Shown: in pieces, positions 29,474-39,522 of the stretch
Numbering within the stretch: position 1 is the first letter of the stretch
Layout: each line of letters begins with the position of its first letter
Assembly: GCA_963749495.1 (NCBI GenBank)
Contig: CAVVMW010000010.1
Location: 704,001 to 768,000 of the forward strand
From: an uncultured bacterium
GTDB lineage: Bacteria; Verrucomicrobiota; Verrucomicrobiia; Limisphaerales; UBA8199
Direction: 5' to 3'
Length of the DNA: 64,000 nt
Notes under the pieces: model-generated
Seen by the model: the letters and a program-made list of their open reading frames with translations, nothing else
Database searches by the model: none
Told to the model about the DNA's origin: nothing
Translations under genes and position numbers: made by a program

Positions 29474-31105
29474 ATGAACGAAATCAGCATCCCTCTGGAA
29501 ACTCTCGCCACGTTGACCGCCCTCGAAGGCCGCCCGTTGGCACGCGACGGGAGCCCCGAAACGCTGTGCGTCGACATTGGCTCGCGCTATGACTTTCTGG
29601 ACCGGCCCCTCTCGGTGCAGCTCGAGGATGCGCGGGTACTCATCCGGTGGGCCGAGGAATCCGAAGAGGACCAAGCGCAAGCCGCCCGGCTTTGGGAGCG
29701 GGCGGCCCGGCGCGCCCGCGAAGGGGAGTACCAGCGGGTGGCGGCCCTTTGCCGGCAGGCCCTGCGGTTCCAGCCCTCCTTGCACGCCGCCCGGCGCGAG
29801 TTGGCCCGCGCCTACGTCGAAACGGGCGAGCGCGCTAACGGCCTGGCCACGCTGTGGCAGGCCGTGCGGGCGGACCCGGGTGATGCAGGGGTGATTTTGG
29901 CCCTGGGCAGACTGCGGCTTGGGGATGGTGAACGCGCAACCGCCGAGCGTTTGGCGCGCCTAGCCCTGGAGCGCGAACCCTCCAACCCGGAGGCGCTGGA
30001 CCTCCTGGGGCAGGCCGTGCTCCAGGCCGGCCGGGAAGAGGAGGCCCTGTCTGCCTTTGGCCGGGCGCTGTTGCTGGGTCCGCAACTGCCCGGCCCGCAG
30101 CTCGGAGCCGCGAGGGCCCTGCTTCGGCGAGGTCAGGCGGAGGAATCGCAGGCTCGGCTCGAAGAGCTCTTCAGGCAAGCGGGCCAGATGGGACATCCGG
30201 CCTCTGTCCTCACACCGGCACGGGAGCTCTATGTCGAGATCCAGGAGCACCTCACTCGGCGTGACCTGGGGTTGATGCGGCAGGCCGTGGAGGACTTCCG
30301 GCGGCAGCTCGAGGAGCAGCACGGAGTGCCCATTCGTGAGGTCAATTTCGAAGAGAAAGAGAAAGACCATGGCTGGGTCCAGCTTGCCTGGACCCATGGC
30401 CGGGACCACCACCTGGTCGGCGGCCCACCTTCCCTCCCGGAGCCCGTGCGGCTTCACCTCCTCGCCCAACAACTGCTCCGGGTCCAGTTGGAATCGGAGG
30501 CCTACTGCGCCGGCAGACTCCGCAAGTTCACACCAGGAGCCGCCCAGGAACCCAGGTTCCGGGGCCTTTGCTCCGGCGTCGCCTATGACCTGCGCCGCCA
30601 AGGCTTCCCCCCTCACGTGATCGCCCAGGCCCTGCAAGGGGGTTTGGAGTTTGTCCGGGACTGCCTGTGCAATCTCCCCGTGGACCTGCTGGTTGAAACG
30701 CGACTACGCGCGCAACTGCCCATCCTGGCGCCCGCGCAGTTCCTCGCCCTGCGCCACCTGACGGCCGGATCGAGTGGACTCGACGAGAATGCGGAGATGG
30801 GTCGAGTCCTGCCTCGGCCACTGTGGCTGGCGGTGCTGGCAATGGACGGCACCTTCCGAGTTTTCTGGGATGAGTGCTTCGGCGGGGCCACGGAGTTTGC
30901 GGTGCGCTCTCGAACGTTGCCCACCTTCGATCTCTCCTTGAGGCTCCTGCGCCAATGGGAGGCGAGCTCGGCCCAGCTCCGGCCCGGGGACCATTATCGC
31001 CTGGTGGACGGGTTTGCCTCACTGCTGGGCCTCGAGGGCCTCTACGAGGCGCGGGAATGCCGCTTCGAGCAGCAAGGGACAGGAGAACAAGCCTTCTCCG
31101 CGTAA
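29474..31105 (+). CDS. TPR-repeat protein with C-terminal helical domain
   Basis: Several TPR motifs, WTHGRDHHLV, NLPVDLLVETRL and FDLSLRL. Full-length paralog of 14666-15964. Confidence 0.85.
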   Translation: MNEISIPLETLATLTALEGRPLARDGSPETLCVDIGSRYDFLDRPLSVQLEDARVLIRWAEESEEDQAQAARLWERAARRAREGEYQRVAALCRQALRFQPSLHAARRELARAYVETGERANGLATLWQAVRADPGDAGVILALGRLRLGDGERATAERLARLALEREPSNPEALDLLGQAVLQAGREEEALSAFGRALLLGPQLPGPQLGAARALLRRGQAEESQARLEELFRQAGQMGHPASVLTPARELYVEIQEHLTRRDLGLMRQAVEDFRRQLEEQHGVPIREVNFEEKEKDHGWVQLAWTHGRDHHLVGGPPSLPEPVRLHLLAQQLLRVQLESEAYCAGRLRKFTPGAAQEPRFRGLCSGVAYDLRRQGFPPHVIAQALQGGLEFVRDCLCNLPVDLLVETRLRAQLPILAPAQFLALRHLTAGSSGLDENAEMGRVLPRPLWLAVLAMDGTFRVFWDECFGGATEFAVRSRTLPTFDLSLRLLRQWEASSAQLRPGDHYRLVDGFASLLGLEGLYEARECRFEQQGTGEQAFSA

Positions 31106-31388
31106 TGGAGGATTATGCCAACCGCACGCACCTCACCCCGCGCGCCCTCCTCGCAAGAGCCAGCAAAGCCCCCAGCGCCTAACCCATCGAGAAAACATGG
31201 AATGAATCCGAACGACCAGCCATTCAGTGACAGCCGGCAGCAAGCATCACGCATCAACGCGGTGGTGGCCGTTAGGCAGGCCGCTCACGCGGCCCGCCGC
31301 GTCGTGATCGCGGCCAAACGCCTGCGCCGGGCTCTACAGAAAACGCCTCCGGGGAATAACCGGCCGAACGAACAAGTGAAATCCTCGC

Positions 31389-31787
31389 ATGAATCATCTC
31401 GGTAGTCCCTTTAGCCAACGCCGCTCCGAGGCGATGCGCACCGGCGCGTTGCTCGACATCACGGCCACCGCGGTCGCCACCTGCATGGGCATGCCCTCGG
31501 CGGTGAGTCCCACGCTGTGGCGCGCGGTCGCGGACGACGCTCCCTGTCGCGCGGGCGATCCCCGCGTGATATGCCTGTGCTGGTGCGTGTTCCTGGTCGT
31601 CACGGGCAAGGCCTACGACCGGGAGGAGCGCGGCCCTCACCATCGCGTTGTTTGGTTTGAGGCCACCGTCCTGGGCCGGAGGGTGCCCATCAAGGCCATC
31701 GCTCATCGGGATGAGCATTTCGGGCCGGTCATGACCCTGCTCTGCGCCGACGAGCCCGATCCGTTCTCCAAATGGCCCTCGCCATAG
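31389..31787 (+). CDS. DUF6573-like mobile-element protein
   Basis: RSEAMRTGALLDITATA..PSAVSPTLW..IKA....GPVMTLLCADE matches the recalled R.QAI.DG.L.DV..P.A.T..VW..PVITIMLP.ED pattern. Confidence 0.65.
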   Translation: MNHLGSPFSQRRSEAMRTGALLDITATAVATCMGMPSAVSPTLWRAVADDAPCRAGDPRVICLCWCVFLVVTGKAYDREERGPHHRVVWFEATVLGRRVPIKAIAHRDEHFGPVMTLLCADEPDPFSKWPSP

Positions 31788-31820
31788 ATGCCTGCGGCCA
31801 ACTCAGTTCCCTGTCCTGAT

Positions 31821-32342
31821 ATGAAAAATCTTCAATTCCGCGACGGTGACAAAATCCTCTTCCAGTTCAGCCGGCCCGCCATCGAAGCCGGCGATTTCAG
31901 CGAATTCCTGGAGACGTTCGGCCTGGAGCACCTGCCCACAGGCGCGGCGTTGCGGCCCTTCTTCAACAGCTTCGCTTTCGTGGCCGACGGCTTCGATGGA
32001 GACCCGCGCGAGATCTACGAAATCCCCGAGGTCCGCGCGTTCTATCGGTCCTTCCGCCAGGCGTGGCCATTCTGGTTTTTCGCCTGCGACCTGGAGCTGC
32101 CCTCTCTCCAGGCCATGACCTTCTGCTGTCTCCCAACGTTGCGGGTGGTCAGGCGGGAGGGCGCTCCAACACCGCGGGTCAACCTGGATCAAGGCGAACT
32201 CGCCGACTTTGTCCTCGACAACTTCACCGGCATGAATCTGCTGTTCCAGCGGGCCGGGATGACCGAGCGGGAGAGCCGGGACCGCAGCCAGCACGTATTC
32301 GAGTATTATCGCCGCGACTGGTCTTGCTTCGCCTGCTGTTGA
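31821..32342 (+). CDS. CRR6/DUF1817-like protein
   Basis: DGFDGDPREIYEIPEVRAFY..AWPFWFF resembles the DPREL.EIPEVR..YPW motif of the CRR6 family. Confidence 0.65.
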   Translation: MKNLQFRDGDKILFQFSRPAIEAGDFSEFLETFGLEHLPTGAALRPFFNSFAFVADGFDGDPREIYEIPEVRAFYRSFRQAWPFWFFACDLELPSLQAMTFCCLPTLRVVRREGAPTPRVNLDQGELADFVLDNFTGMNLLFQRAGMTERESRDRSQHVFEYYRRDWSCFACC

Positions 32343-32710
32343 CCGCGGAGGAGGCCCCTGAACCAGACGCCAGGGCCTGGCAGGTCGTCAAAAACCGAGT
32401 CGCTGGCCTGGCTGGCATAACTTGCCAGATCCTCCTAACGAGACTTGCGGCCTTGGAGGGCTTCCAACTCCCCCTTGACGGCACGCATGAGAGGCCGCAC
32501 ACGGTCGGGCTGGTAAGGCGAAAGCTCAACAGGTCCTCGCTGGCTGGGCGAAAAATCGTTTCTCTTACCCCCTCCGACAACAGACTTTGACCCCGAATGC
32601 CCCGTGGAACAACCGCACCCGGTGAGCGAATGCGTCCAGAGTTGCCCGAACGGATTTTTCACGGAGCGCGAGAGTACACCCACCCAAGAAATCCCGGCAA
32701 ACGAAAGAGC

Positions 32711-33190
32711 TTGAGCGTGGTAATAACGAACGACAACTACTGGGACTGCGAGTGCAGGGAGGAGTACATTCACGCCAAGAGCAAGGGGAACTACTGCCCC
32801 AGGTGAGATAAGTTTGAGCGCGAACAACCTGACAGCCGCGAAAACGAGCTCCACCTGTACAGGCCGGAGAGCGATCGCGCGGTCTTCATAGACTACAAAG
32901 AGCGACAGCAGTTTTCCATCGCGTTCCGTCCCAAACGAAAAGCCGTGCAAGCTGGAACATCAGTCAGAATAACGAGGACCAAGGCGCCCCGGGGCCTCCC
33001 GGTCAACTGCGCGATCGAGGGCATATTGCTCGCGGACGTACAGCTCGGGAAGCCGGTGTACCTGGCCGGGATGGATCGCAGCGGCGAGCTGGTGGACGGC
33101 CTATTCGCGTCAGCGCTGGTGGACGGCGTGTCGCCGCAGGGGTTCACCGCAGCCGGCGCCCTCTACTGCGTCGATCTGTTAGGGGAGCCG
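32711..33190 (+). pseudogene. Phage-like Zn-finger fusion protein with in-frame TGA at 32804; 3' end fused to the next gene fragment
   Basis: YWDCEC..YIH..CPR*DKFEREQPDSRENE continues without further stops into LPVNCAIEGILLADVQLGKPV..GLFASALV..GF..GALY. Confidence 0.55.
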
Positions 33191-33194
33191 GGCG

Positions 33195-34764
33195 CCGCCG
33201 GAATTTCCGGGAGGCGAGCGGGCTGGAACTGCCCCGTTCCAGCGACCCGCAGGACCCGGCACGTCGCGCCTATATCCTCTGGCGGCAGCAGCGGCTCTTT
33301 GACCTGTGGCGCTTGTGGGATGGCGAGGTGCGGAAGATCAACCCCGACTCGTGCGTCATCCCCAACACCGGCGGCGGGGCCACTAGTTCGCTGGACATGA
33401 AGCGCATCGGCGAACTGGCGCCCACGCTCATCGCCGATCGCCAGGCCCGCCGCGGCCTGGCCCCACCGTGGACTAACGGCAAAAACGGCAAGGAGTACCG
33501 TGCCGCCATGGGCCGCAAGCCCATCGTCGGTATCTTCAGTATTGGCCTCGAAGAGCCGTATCGCTGGAAAGACAGCGTCCAGAGCGAAGCCGAGATCCGG
33601 CTCTGGGTGGCCGACGGCGTCGCCAACGGCCTGCGTCCCTGGTTCACCAAGTTCTCCGGCGTGCTACACGACGAACGCTGGCTCAAACCGGTCGAGGCGC
33701 TCTACCGCCGTTACGCGCAATGGGAGAAATACCTGCGCAACGAGCGCCCGCTGGCCCGGGTGGGCCTGGTCTATTCCCAGCAAACCGCCTGGTTCTGCGG
33801 CGCCGGTGTCGAGGACCATGCGCTCGGGTGGTACCAGGCGTTGGTGGAAGCGCGCATTCCTTTCGAGATGGTCCACGACCGCTTGCTCGACCCGGCGCAT
33901 TTGGGCGCGTTCAAGACCCTCATCCTGCCGAATATCGCGGCGCTCTCGGAAGCGCAATGCCGGCAGATCCGCGACTTCGCCGCCCAGGGCGGCAGCGTGG
34001 TCGCCACCTACGAAACCAGTCTTTACGACGAGTGGGGCGTCCCGCGGAAAGACTTCGGCCTGGCCGACATCTTCGGCGTCTCGTTCACCGGACGAAGGGA
34101 AGGGCCGATGCAGAATTCGTATCTGCGGCTGGAGACGGTCTCGGGCACCGGCAGACGCCACCCGCTGCTCGCGGGCCTGGAAGACGCCCCGCGCATCATC
34201 AACGGCGCGCGCCGGGTCGAGGTCGCCGCTACGGTGCCTTTTCCCAACCCGCCGCTCACGCTCGTTCTGTCCTATCCCGACCTCCCGATGGAGAAGGTTT
34301 ACCCGCGCGTGCCGAAAACGGACATCCCGCAGGTCTATCCGCGCGAGTCCGGCCGCAGCCGGATCGTCTATTTTCCTTGGGACATCGATCGCATGTTCTG
34401 GGAGGTGCTTTGTGTGGATCATTTTAAGCTGCTGCGCAATGCCGTCGAGTGGGCCACCAACGAGGACCCGCTCATCACCGTCTCGGGACCAGGGGTGCTC
34501 GATGTGACCGTGTGACAGCAACGAGACTCGCTGACCGTTCACCTTGTCAATCTCACCAATCCCATGATGATGAAAGGACCGATGCGGGAACTCATCCCGC
34601 TCGGCGAACAGAAAGTCAGACTGCGCCTGCCGGAGGGGGTACCAGCCCGGCGGGTGCAGTTGCTGGCCGCCAACCAGCGTCCGCACGCCCAGCGCATCGG
34701 ACCCTGTTTGCACGCCACCGTGCCTTCCATTCTCGACCACGAGATGCTGGCCATCGAGTTGTGA
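33195..34764 (+). pseudogene. 5'-truncated glycoside hydrolase with beta-galactosidase trimerisation (GATase-like) domain; in-frame TGA at 34513
   Basis: Begins mid-protein at RRNFREASGLELP. Contains ARVGLVYSQQT, FKTLILPNIAALS, GGSVVATYETSLYDE and LDVTV*QQ..VHLVNLTNPMMMKGP. Confidence 0.8.
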
Positions 34765-34821
34765 CTTCTTGCCATCATACCAGGGGAAGCTGCCCTGCCG
34801 GCCGTGGGGCGATCATGAACT

Positions 34822-35583
34822 TCAGACCAGTTCCCGTTCCGCGAAGGCCTTTATTGCTGCCCCGGCAAACTCGGGCAGTTTCGGGTCATGAGCCTCGTAC
34901 GCTTTTCGCAGCTCCGAATCCACAATGAACTGGCCGTGACCGGCGTAGGACGTGCGGGTCGGTGTCCAGAATTGCTTTAGCCATTGGTAGTGCCGGCGTA
35001 TGCTCTCCTGCACCGCTACGGAATCCGCTAAGAATCCTCGATGCATTCGTTCCACGAGGTCGCGGCAGATGCCGGCAAAGGCCTTGCCGGACTTCTCCCA
35101 GTCGGCTTTGGTCCAGTCCTTCACCCTGGCCCTCGATTGGGCGATCTGTTCCTTCATGCCTTCGCCGAAGCGCTCAATCAGATGCCGCTCATGGCAGGCT
35201 TGCACTTCCGGGCTGAACCCGCCAAACAGTTCCTGGTCTTTCATGGTCTTCATTCCTTTCAAGTGCTCGATGGTCTTGTCAATCGTCTGGAGCAGCTCTC
35301 GCATCCGCGCCAGGTCCTGGCGCAGGACCCGTCGGTGCGATTCCAGGGCCGCGATCCGGTCGAAGCTCGGCCGGCCAATGATGCATTTGATCCGTTTGAG
35401 CTCGAATCCCAGCTCCCGATAGAACAGGATCTGCTGGAGCGTGAGAAGCTGCGGCTCCTCGTAGAAGCGGCATCCGTTCGCCCCGCGGTAGGCCGGCTTC
35501 AGCAGGCCCAGTTCATCGTAAAGATGAAGCGTGCGGACGCTCACGCCCGACATCCTCGCCAGTTGGTTGACCGTGTAGGCCAT
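34822..35583 (-). CDS. MerR-family regulator with TipAS drug-binding domain (TipA/Mta-like)
   Basis: YTVNQLARMSGVSVRTLHLYDELGLLKP..LQQILFYRELGF. C-terminal HYQWL..FW..Y.GHG. Confidence 0.92.
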   Translation of the reverse strand: MAYTVNQLARMSGVSVRTLHLYDELGLLKPAYRGANGCRFYEEPQLLTLQQILFYRELGFELKRIKCIIGRPSFDRIAALESHRRVLRQDLARMRELLQTIDKTIEHLKGMKTMKDQELFGGFSPEVQACHERHLIERFGEGMKEQIAQSRARVKDWTKADWEKSGKAFAGICRDLVERMHRGFLADSVAVQESIRRHYQWLKQFWTPTRTSYAGHGQFIVDSELRKAYEAHDPKLPEFAGAAIKAFAERELV

Positions 35584-35628
35584 CGTCATTGCTACTTCGG
35601 CATCACCATGATGCCAAAGTCTGCACCC

Positions 35629-35659
35629 AATCTCGGGCCTCACGCAACGTCAGCGTCAA
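35629..35659 (-). promoter_or_regulatory. MerR-type promoter with 19-bp spacer and dyad operator
   Basis: Minus strand TTGACG-N19-GAGATT. The spacer contains the imperfect dyad CTGACG-TTG-CGTGAG. Confidence 0.75.
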
Positions 35660-35718
35660 AGGTTTTTCTGGAGTTTTCCTGTCCGTATGCCGGCCTTCCC
35701 GATTAAATGCTCTACAGC

Positions 35719-36080
35719 ATGAAAACGCCACGAATCCTCCAGCTACGGGTGGCCGGTCTCCTATGGCTTGCGACAAAACTGGTGGCTTCCGGTGAGACTT
35801 GCGGCGACCTGAACGTGAGCTTCACCCTGACGCCCGCCGCGACCGGCGAACAAGTCGTCAGAAGGTCTCTTCCCCTGCCGCGCGGGTTTTTGCACACCAA
35901 CCAAGCCCTGATCGTCCGCGCGGGCCAGGTCATAGAGCCCGCCGGGTTGCGCGTGCTTTGCTGGTATCCGGCCACCAACGCGGAACCCCGCACTGCCCGC
36001 CGCGCGCTGGTCACCTTCTGCCATCGGTTCGCGAACTCCCAGCCCGTGGCGTTCACGCTCGAAGCCACCAATGCGAGGGC
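35719..36080 (+). pseudogene. N-terminal fragment of a secreted protein
   Basis: Signal-like start and VRRSLPLPRG..LCWYP..RRALVTF, then an abrupt switch to AT-rich sequence. Confidence 0.45.
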
Positions 36081-36179
36081 TTTTCTTCTTGAAGCTGACG
36101 GCCTGATTCGATTAAAATTGCTGCATTCGGCAAGAATTGATCGCTGGTTTTATTGGCAACACAAAGGAAAGGGCCTTTT

Positions 36180-37522
36180 ATGAATACTCGCGGATTTGGG
36201 CCTCGGAACGTCCTCACGGGGACGAGTTGGCTGTGGCTCATTTCTCTCTTATGCCTGTCGGGCCGCTGTATCGGCCAGACCTACGGCGATTTCAGTTACC
36301 TCGTCAGCGGGACTAACATCACCATCACCGCATACACCGGACCCGGAGGGGCAGTCACGATACCTCCGTCAATACCCGGCGTTAACGGCACTGTCACCTC
36401 CATCGGGCACGGTGCGTTTGATGGGTGTAGCAACCTGACCAACGTCACCATTCCAAGCAGCGTCACCAGCCTCGGGGAATCCGCGTTCGCGCTGTGTAGC
36501 AGCTTGACCAGCGTCACTAATGGCAACGGCGTCACCGCCATCGGGGACGTGGCGTTCCTTGGTGCACGAACTTGACCAGCGTGACCATTCCCAGCGGCGT
36601 CACGAACATCGGGGTTCAAGCGTTTTCTTGGTGTAGCAGCTTGACCAGCGTTGCCATTCCCGGCAGCGTCACCTCCATGTGGCGCTATGCGTTTGAGGAT
36701 TGTAGCGGATTGACCAACGTCACCATTTCCAGCGGCGTCACCTCCATCGGGGACGGTGCGTTTGAGGAGTGTAGCGGCTTGACCAGCGTCATCATTCCCA
36801 GCAGCGTCACGAACATCGGGTTCTGGGCGTTTTCTAGCTGTAGCGGCTTGACCAGCGTCACAATTGGCAACGGCGTCACCGCCATCGGCGGCGGTGCGTT
36901 TTCTGGGTGTACCAACTTGACCAGCGTCACCATTCCCAACAGCGTCATCTCCATCGGCGGGGGGCTTGGGAGAGGGATCGTCGCCGGCGCGTTTACTTGG
37001 TGTAGCGGCTTGACCAGCGTCACAATTGGCGACGGCGTCACCTCCATCGGGGACGGTGCGTTTTATGGGTGTAGCGGCTTGACCAGCGTCACCATTCCCA
37101 GCAGCGTCACGAACATCGGGGTCTGGGCGTTTTCTAGCTGTAGCGGCTTGACCAGCGCTTACTTTCAGGGCGACGCACCGTCAACTGATGGTAACTCGGT
37201 GTTCGACAACACGACTACGCAATTCTCAATCTATTACCCTTCAACCGCCTCAGGCTGGAGCACTCCGACTTGGAACGGATACCCCGCCCAGCCGTATTAC
37301 CAGCCGGTTCTGAGCGTGGTGGAGGGCTTGGGGACCGTAACGCCGTCATTCAAGGGGCTTCTGCTCGGCACAAACTACCAGTTGCAGGTTTCAACCGACC
37401 TCAGCACCTGGAGCAACACGGGGCCGATGTTCACCGCGACCAACGCGAGCGAAGCGTACCCCCAACCGTTTGGTGTGACGAACGGGAACCGCCTTTTCTT
37501 CCGGCTCCGGTCGGCACCGTAG
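36180..37522 (+). CDS. Secreted BspA-type leucine-rich-repeat (LRR_5) protein, frameshift at about 36565
   Basis: Signal peptide, repeats of CSGLTSVTIPSSVTNIG..AF, and C-terminal YQLQVSTDLSTW..LFFRL. Confidence 0.9.
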
Positions 37523-37526
37523 CCCG

Positions 37527-38050
37527 TCATCGGCCCACCGCCACGACGAACCATGTGGTGGCCGGTTCGCCAAGGCGGAACGTCCATCCGTGGCTGGACT
37601 GCCGCGCCGGAATCGCCGCGCCCAGCGGACGGCCTGCGCCGTCCAGCGGTTGGACCGAAACGCTCCGGGCACTGCGCAGGTTCTTCAACACCAACTCGCC
37701 GGTCACCGGATCGATGCATGTCGGCGGCTTTCCCCAAGCCGTGAGCGAAGTGTGCCGGTCGTTCCACTCCATGCCGGAGTTCGCCACCCGCGCCGTCGCC
37801 GTGACCAGCAGGCGGGCGGCGTCGGAGATCGGTTTTCCGTCCAGCGAACTGGCCGTGATGGCGCAAAACGGCACGTTCACTCCAGCCTGGAGGTTTTCGG
37901 TCGCCAGCTGCCGGCCGCCGCAATAGCCAATCAAGGCCTGCGAGCGCGGCGTGTTGACCATGACCAAACCGGTACCTTTCCCGGAGCATTGCCAGGCCAG
38001 ATCGCCCGTGTCCGACTGAATCGGGCTGGTGGCCGCGGCTTCAAAGGACC
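37527..38050 (-). pseudogene. C-terminal fragment of a carbohydrate-active secreted protein
   Basis: SDTGDLAW..VNTPRSQALIG..SSLDGKPI..RLLVTATARVANSGMEW..QPLDGAG. The 5' end is lost next to the RAYT remnant. Confidence 0.65.
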
Positions 38051-38085
38051 CGGTCGGCGGCCCTTCGAACGAGCTAAAAACCATT

Positions 38086-38478
38086 GGGGTTATGTCTTGT
38101 CATTTGGACAATTGGCATTTGGCGCCGGGATTCCGGGATGATTCCATTGGCCCATGCGACGCGCGTTGCGCATCGAACGGACGGGCGCGCGGTATCACGT
38201 TACCGCCCGCGGCAATGAACGCCAGGACATCTTCCGTGATGACGCAGACCATTTCCATTTTTTCGTATCCCGGCTACGCCGGCTAGCCCCGGCCGCTGGC
38301 GTGGGTCTGGCGCCAGCCGCTGGCCCGGTTATGGGTTTGCGTCAACTGGCGGTTTGGACTACGCCGTAGTGAGCAAAGCCCTCGCCCGCTTTGGCCGGCG
38401 CCTCGAAGCCGATCCCCGCCTGCGAGAAGAAACAGCCGCAATCTTGGACCGATTGTCCAAATGACAAGACATGACCCC
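38086..38478 (+). mobile_element. Internally deleted RAYT/Y1 HUH transposase element with 27-bp terminal inverted repeats
   Basis: IRs at 38086-38112 and 38452-38478 (1 mismatch) enclose MRRALRIERTGARYHVTARGNERQDIFRDDAD and a C-terminal DYAVVSKALARFGRRLEADPRL. Confidence 0.8.
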
Positions 38479-38489
38479 GATGGGTTATG

Positions 38490-38655
38490 CCGATCCACGT
38501 CATGCAGGAAGCTCTTCTCCCGCCGGTCGCCGCGGCTCATGACATGGTACATCGCTCCTCCCTATTCGAGACGTAGTTTGCGAGGCATGTGTGAAGACTA
38601 CTCACCAACGCGCCTACCGGTCAACGCAGATATGAACCAATCTATGGCTGACCCC
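38490..38655 (-). mobile_element. 5' remnant of a second RAYT/Y1 transposase element
   Basis: GGGGTCAG end, TTGACC/TAGTCT promoter-like boxes, and MPRKLRLE*..MYHVMSRGDRRE. Confidence 0.7.
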
Positions 38656-38809
38656 TTCCACGCCGGATTGGCCCCAATTCGGCCGGTACCGTGATTCCAG
38701 GGTTGTGGGCCCGTGAAAGGGGTCGTCATTAGGGCCAGGTGCGAGAAAAAAACGTTGTCCCCCCGATTTTCCTCAAGACCGTTTTCGCCGCAACTCTTCC
38801 TTCGGTCGG

Positions 38810-38934
38810 GTCTAACGGCGCACACCAGCGACGCGCGGTGACCGGCGTTTGATTGCGACCGGACTTGTACTCGGCGCGTCCACTCGATGCGCCAGGGTGG
38901 CCACCGGCCCCGCTGATTCGTGGCGCAGTTGAAT
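38810..38934 (-). other. Integron attC site
   Basis: Inverse core ATTCAAC overlaps the stop codon of the upstream gene. Core is GTTAGAC, with complementary arms CAGCGGGGCCGGTGGCC/GGTCACCGCGCGTCGCTG. Confidence 0.55.
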
Positions 38935-39503
38935 CATAATCCGTGTGGCCGGTAGTTAAGGGTCCCCCAATAATTTACGGAGGTGACGATCTCGCCGGAT
39001 TCTCGATTCGCTATCACCTGGCCTAAGACGATAAGGGTGCGGTCTCTGTTGGCCCATGATTTACTGGCAACTTCCATCGAACCGAGGCTGGCAGTTTTCG
39101 AGTAGCCGACCTCGCCACTGGTGAAACCCGCTTGCTCCAGCCTCCCAAACCAGTGTTGCAGCAGTTGTGCCGCATCGGGTGTTGCATCTGTCTCGCCGGC
39201 TTGTGCCGGGGCCGGACGATAAACTGCTTGCCGGAAACAATTTCCGCACCAGCCTCCGCTCGAGTGCATGTAGTCCCTGACATTCTTCTCTGCAGCCTGA
39301 AAATCCGTATGTGCCGGAGATGACAACCGGTTGGTAAATGCGAGTTCAAAACCGCGAGGCGCGTGTGCGGACAGGGCATCGGCCAGTTCCGTAACCGCTT
39401 GGTAGTCGCGCAGAAACCGCGCCTCTGTTTGAGAGGTTGTGACGCAGCCTTGTAGTGCCAGGGCTGCCGCAAATATCGAAATGGCAAGGAGGTTGCGATA
39501 CAT
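38934..39503 (-). CDS. Hypothetical lipoprotein (gene cassette)
   Basis: Lipobox-like LALQGC, lower GC, and attC-like sites on both sides. Confidence 0.7.
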   Translation of the reverse strand: MYRNLLAISIFAAALALQGCVTTSQTEARFLRDYQAVTELADALSAHAPRGFELAFTNRLSSPAHTDFQAAEKNVRDYMHSSGGWCGNCFRQAVYRPAPAQAGETDATPDAAQLLQHWFGRLEQAGFTSGEVGYSKTASLGSMEVASKSWANRDRTLIVLGQVIANRESGEIVTSVNYWGTLNYRPHGL

Positions 39504-39522
39504 GTGCTTAATTACTCTTCGG

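Noticed and set aside
4995..34515. Genome-wide TGA recoding suggested by three in-frame TGAs (4995, 32804, 34513)
   Set aside because: The expected residues differ (Gly, Cys, Trp), many intact genes end in TGA, and the affected genes have other lesions.
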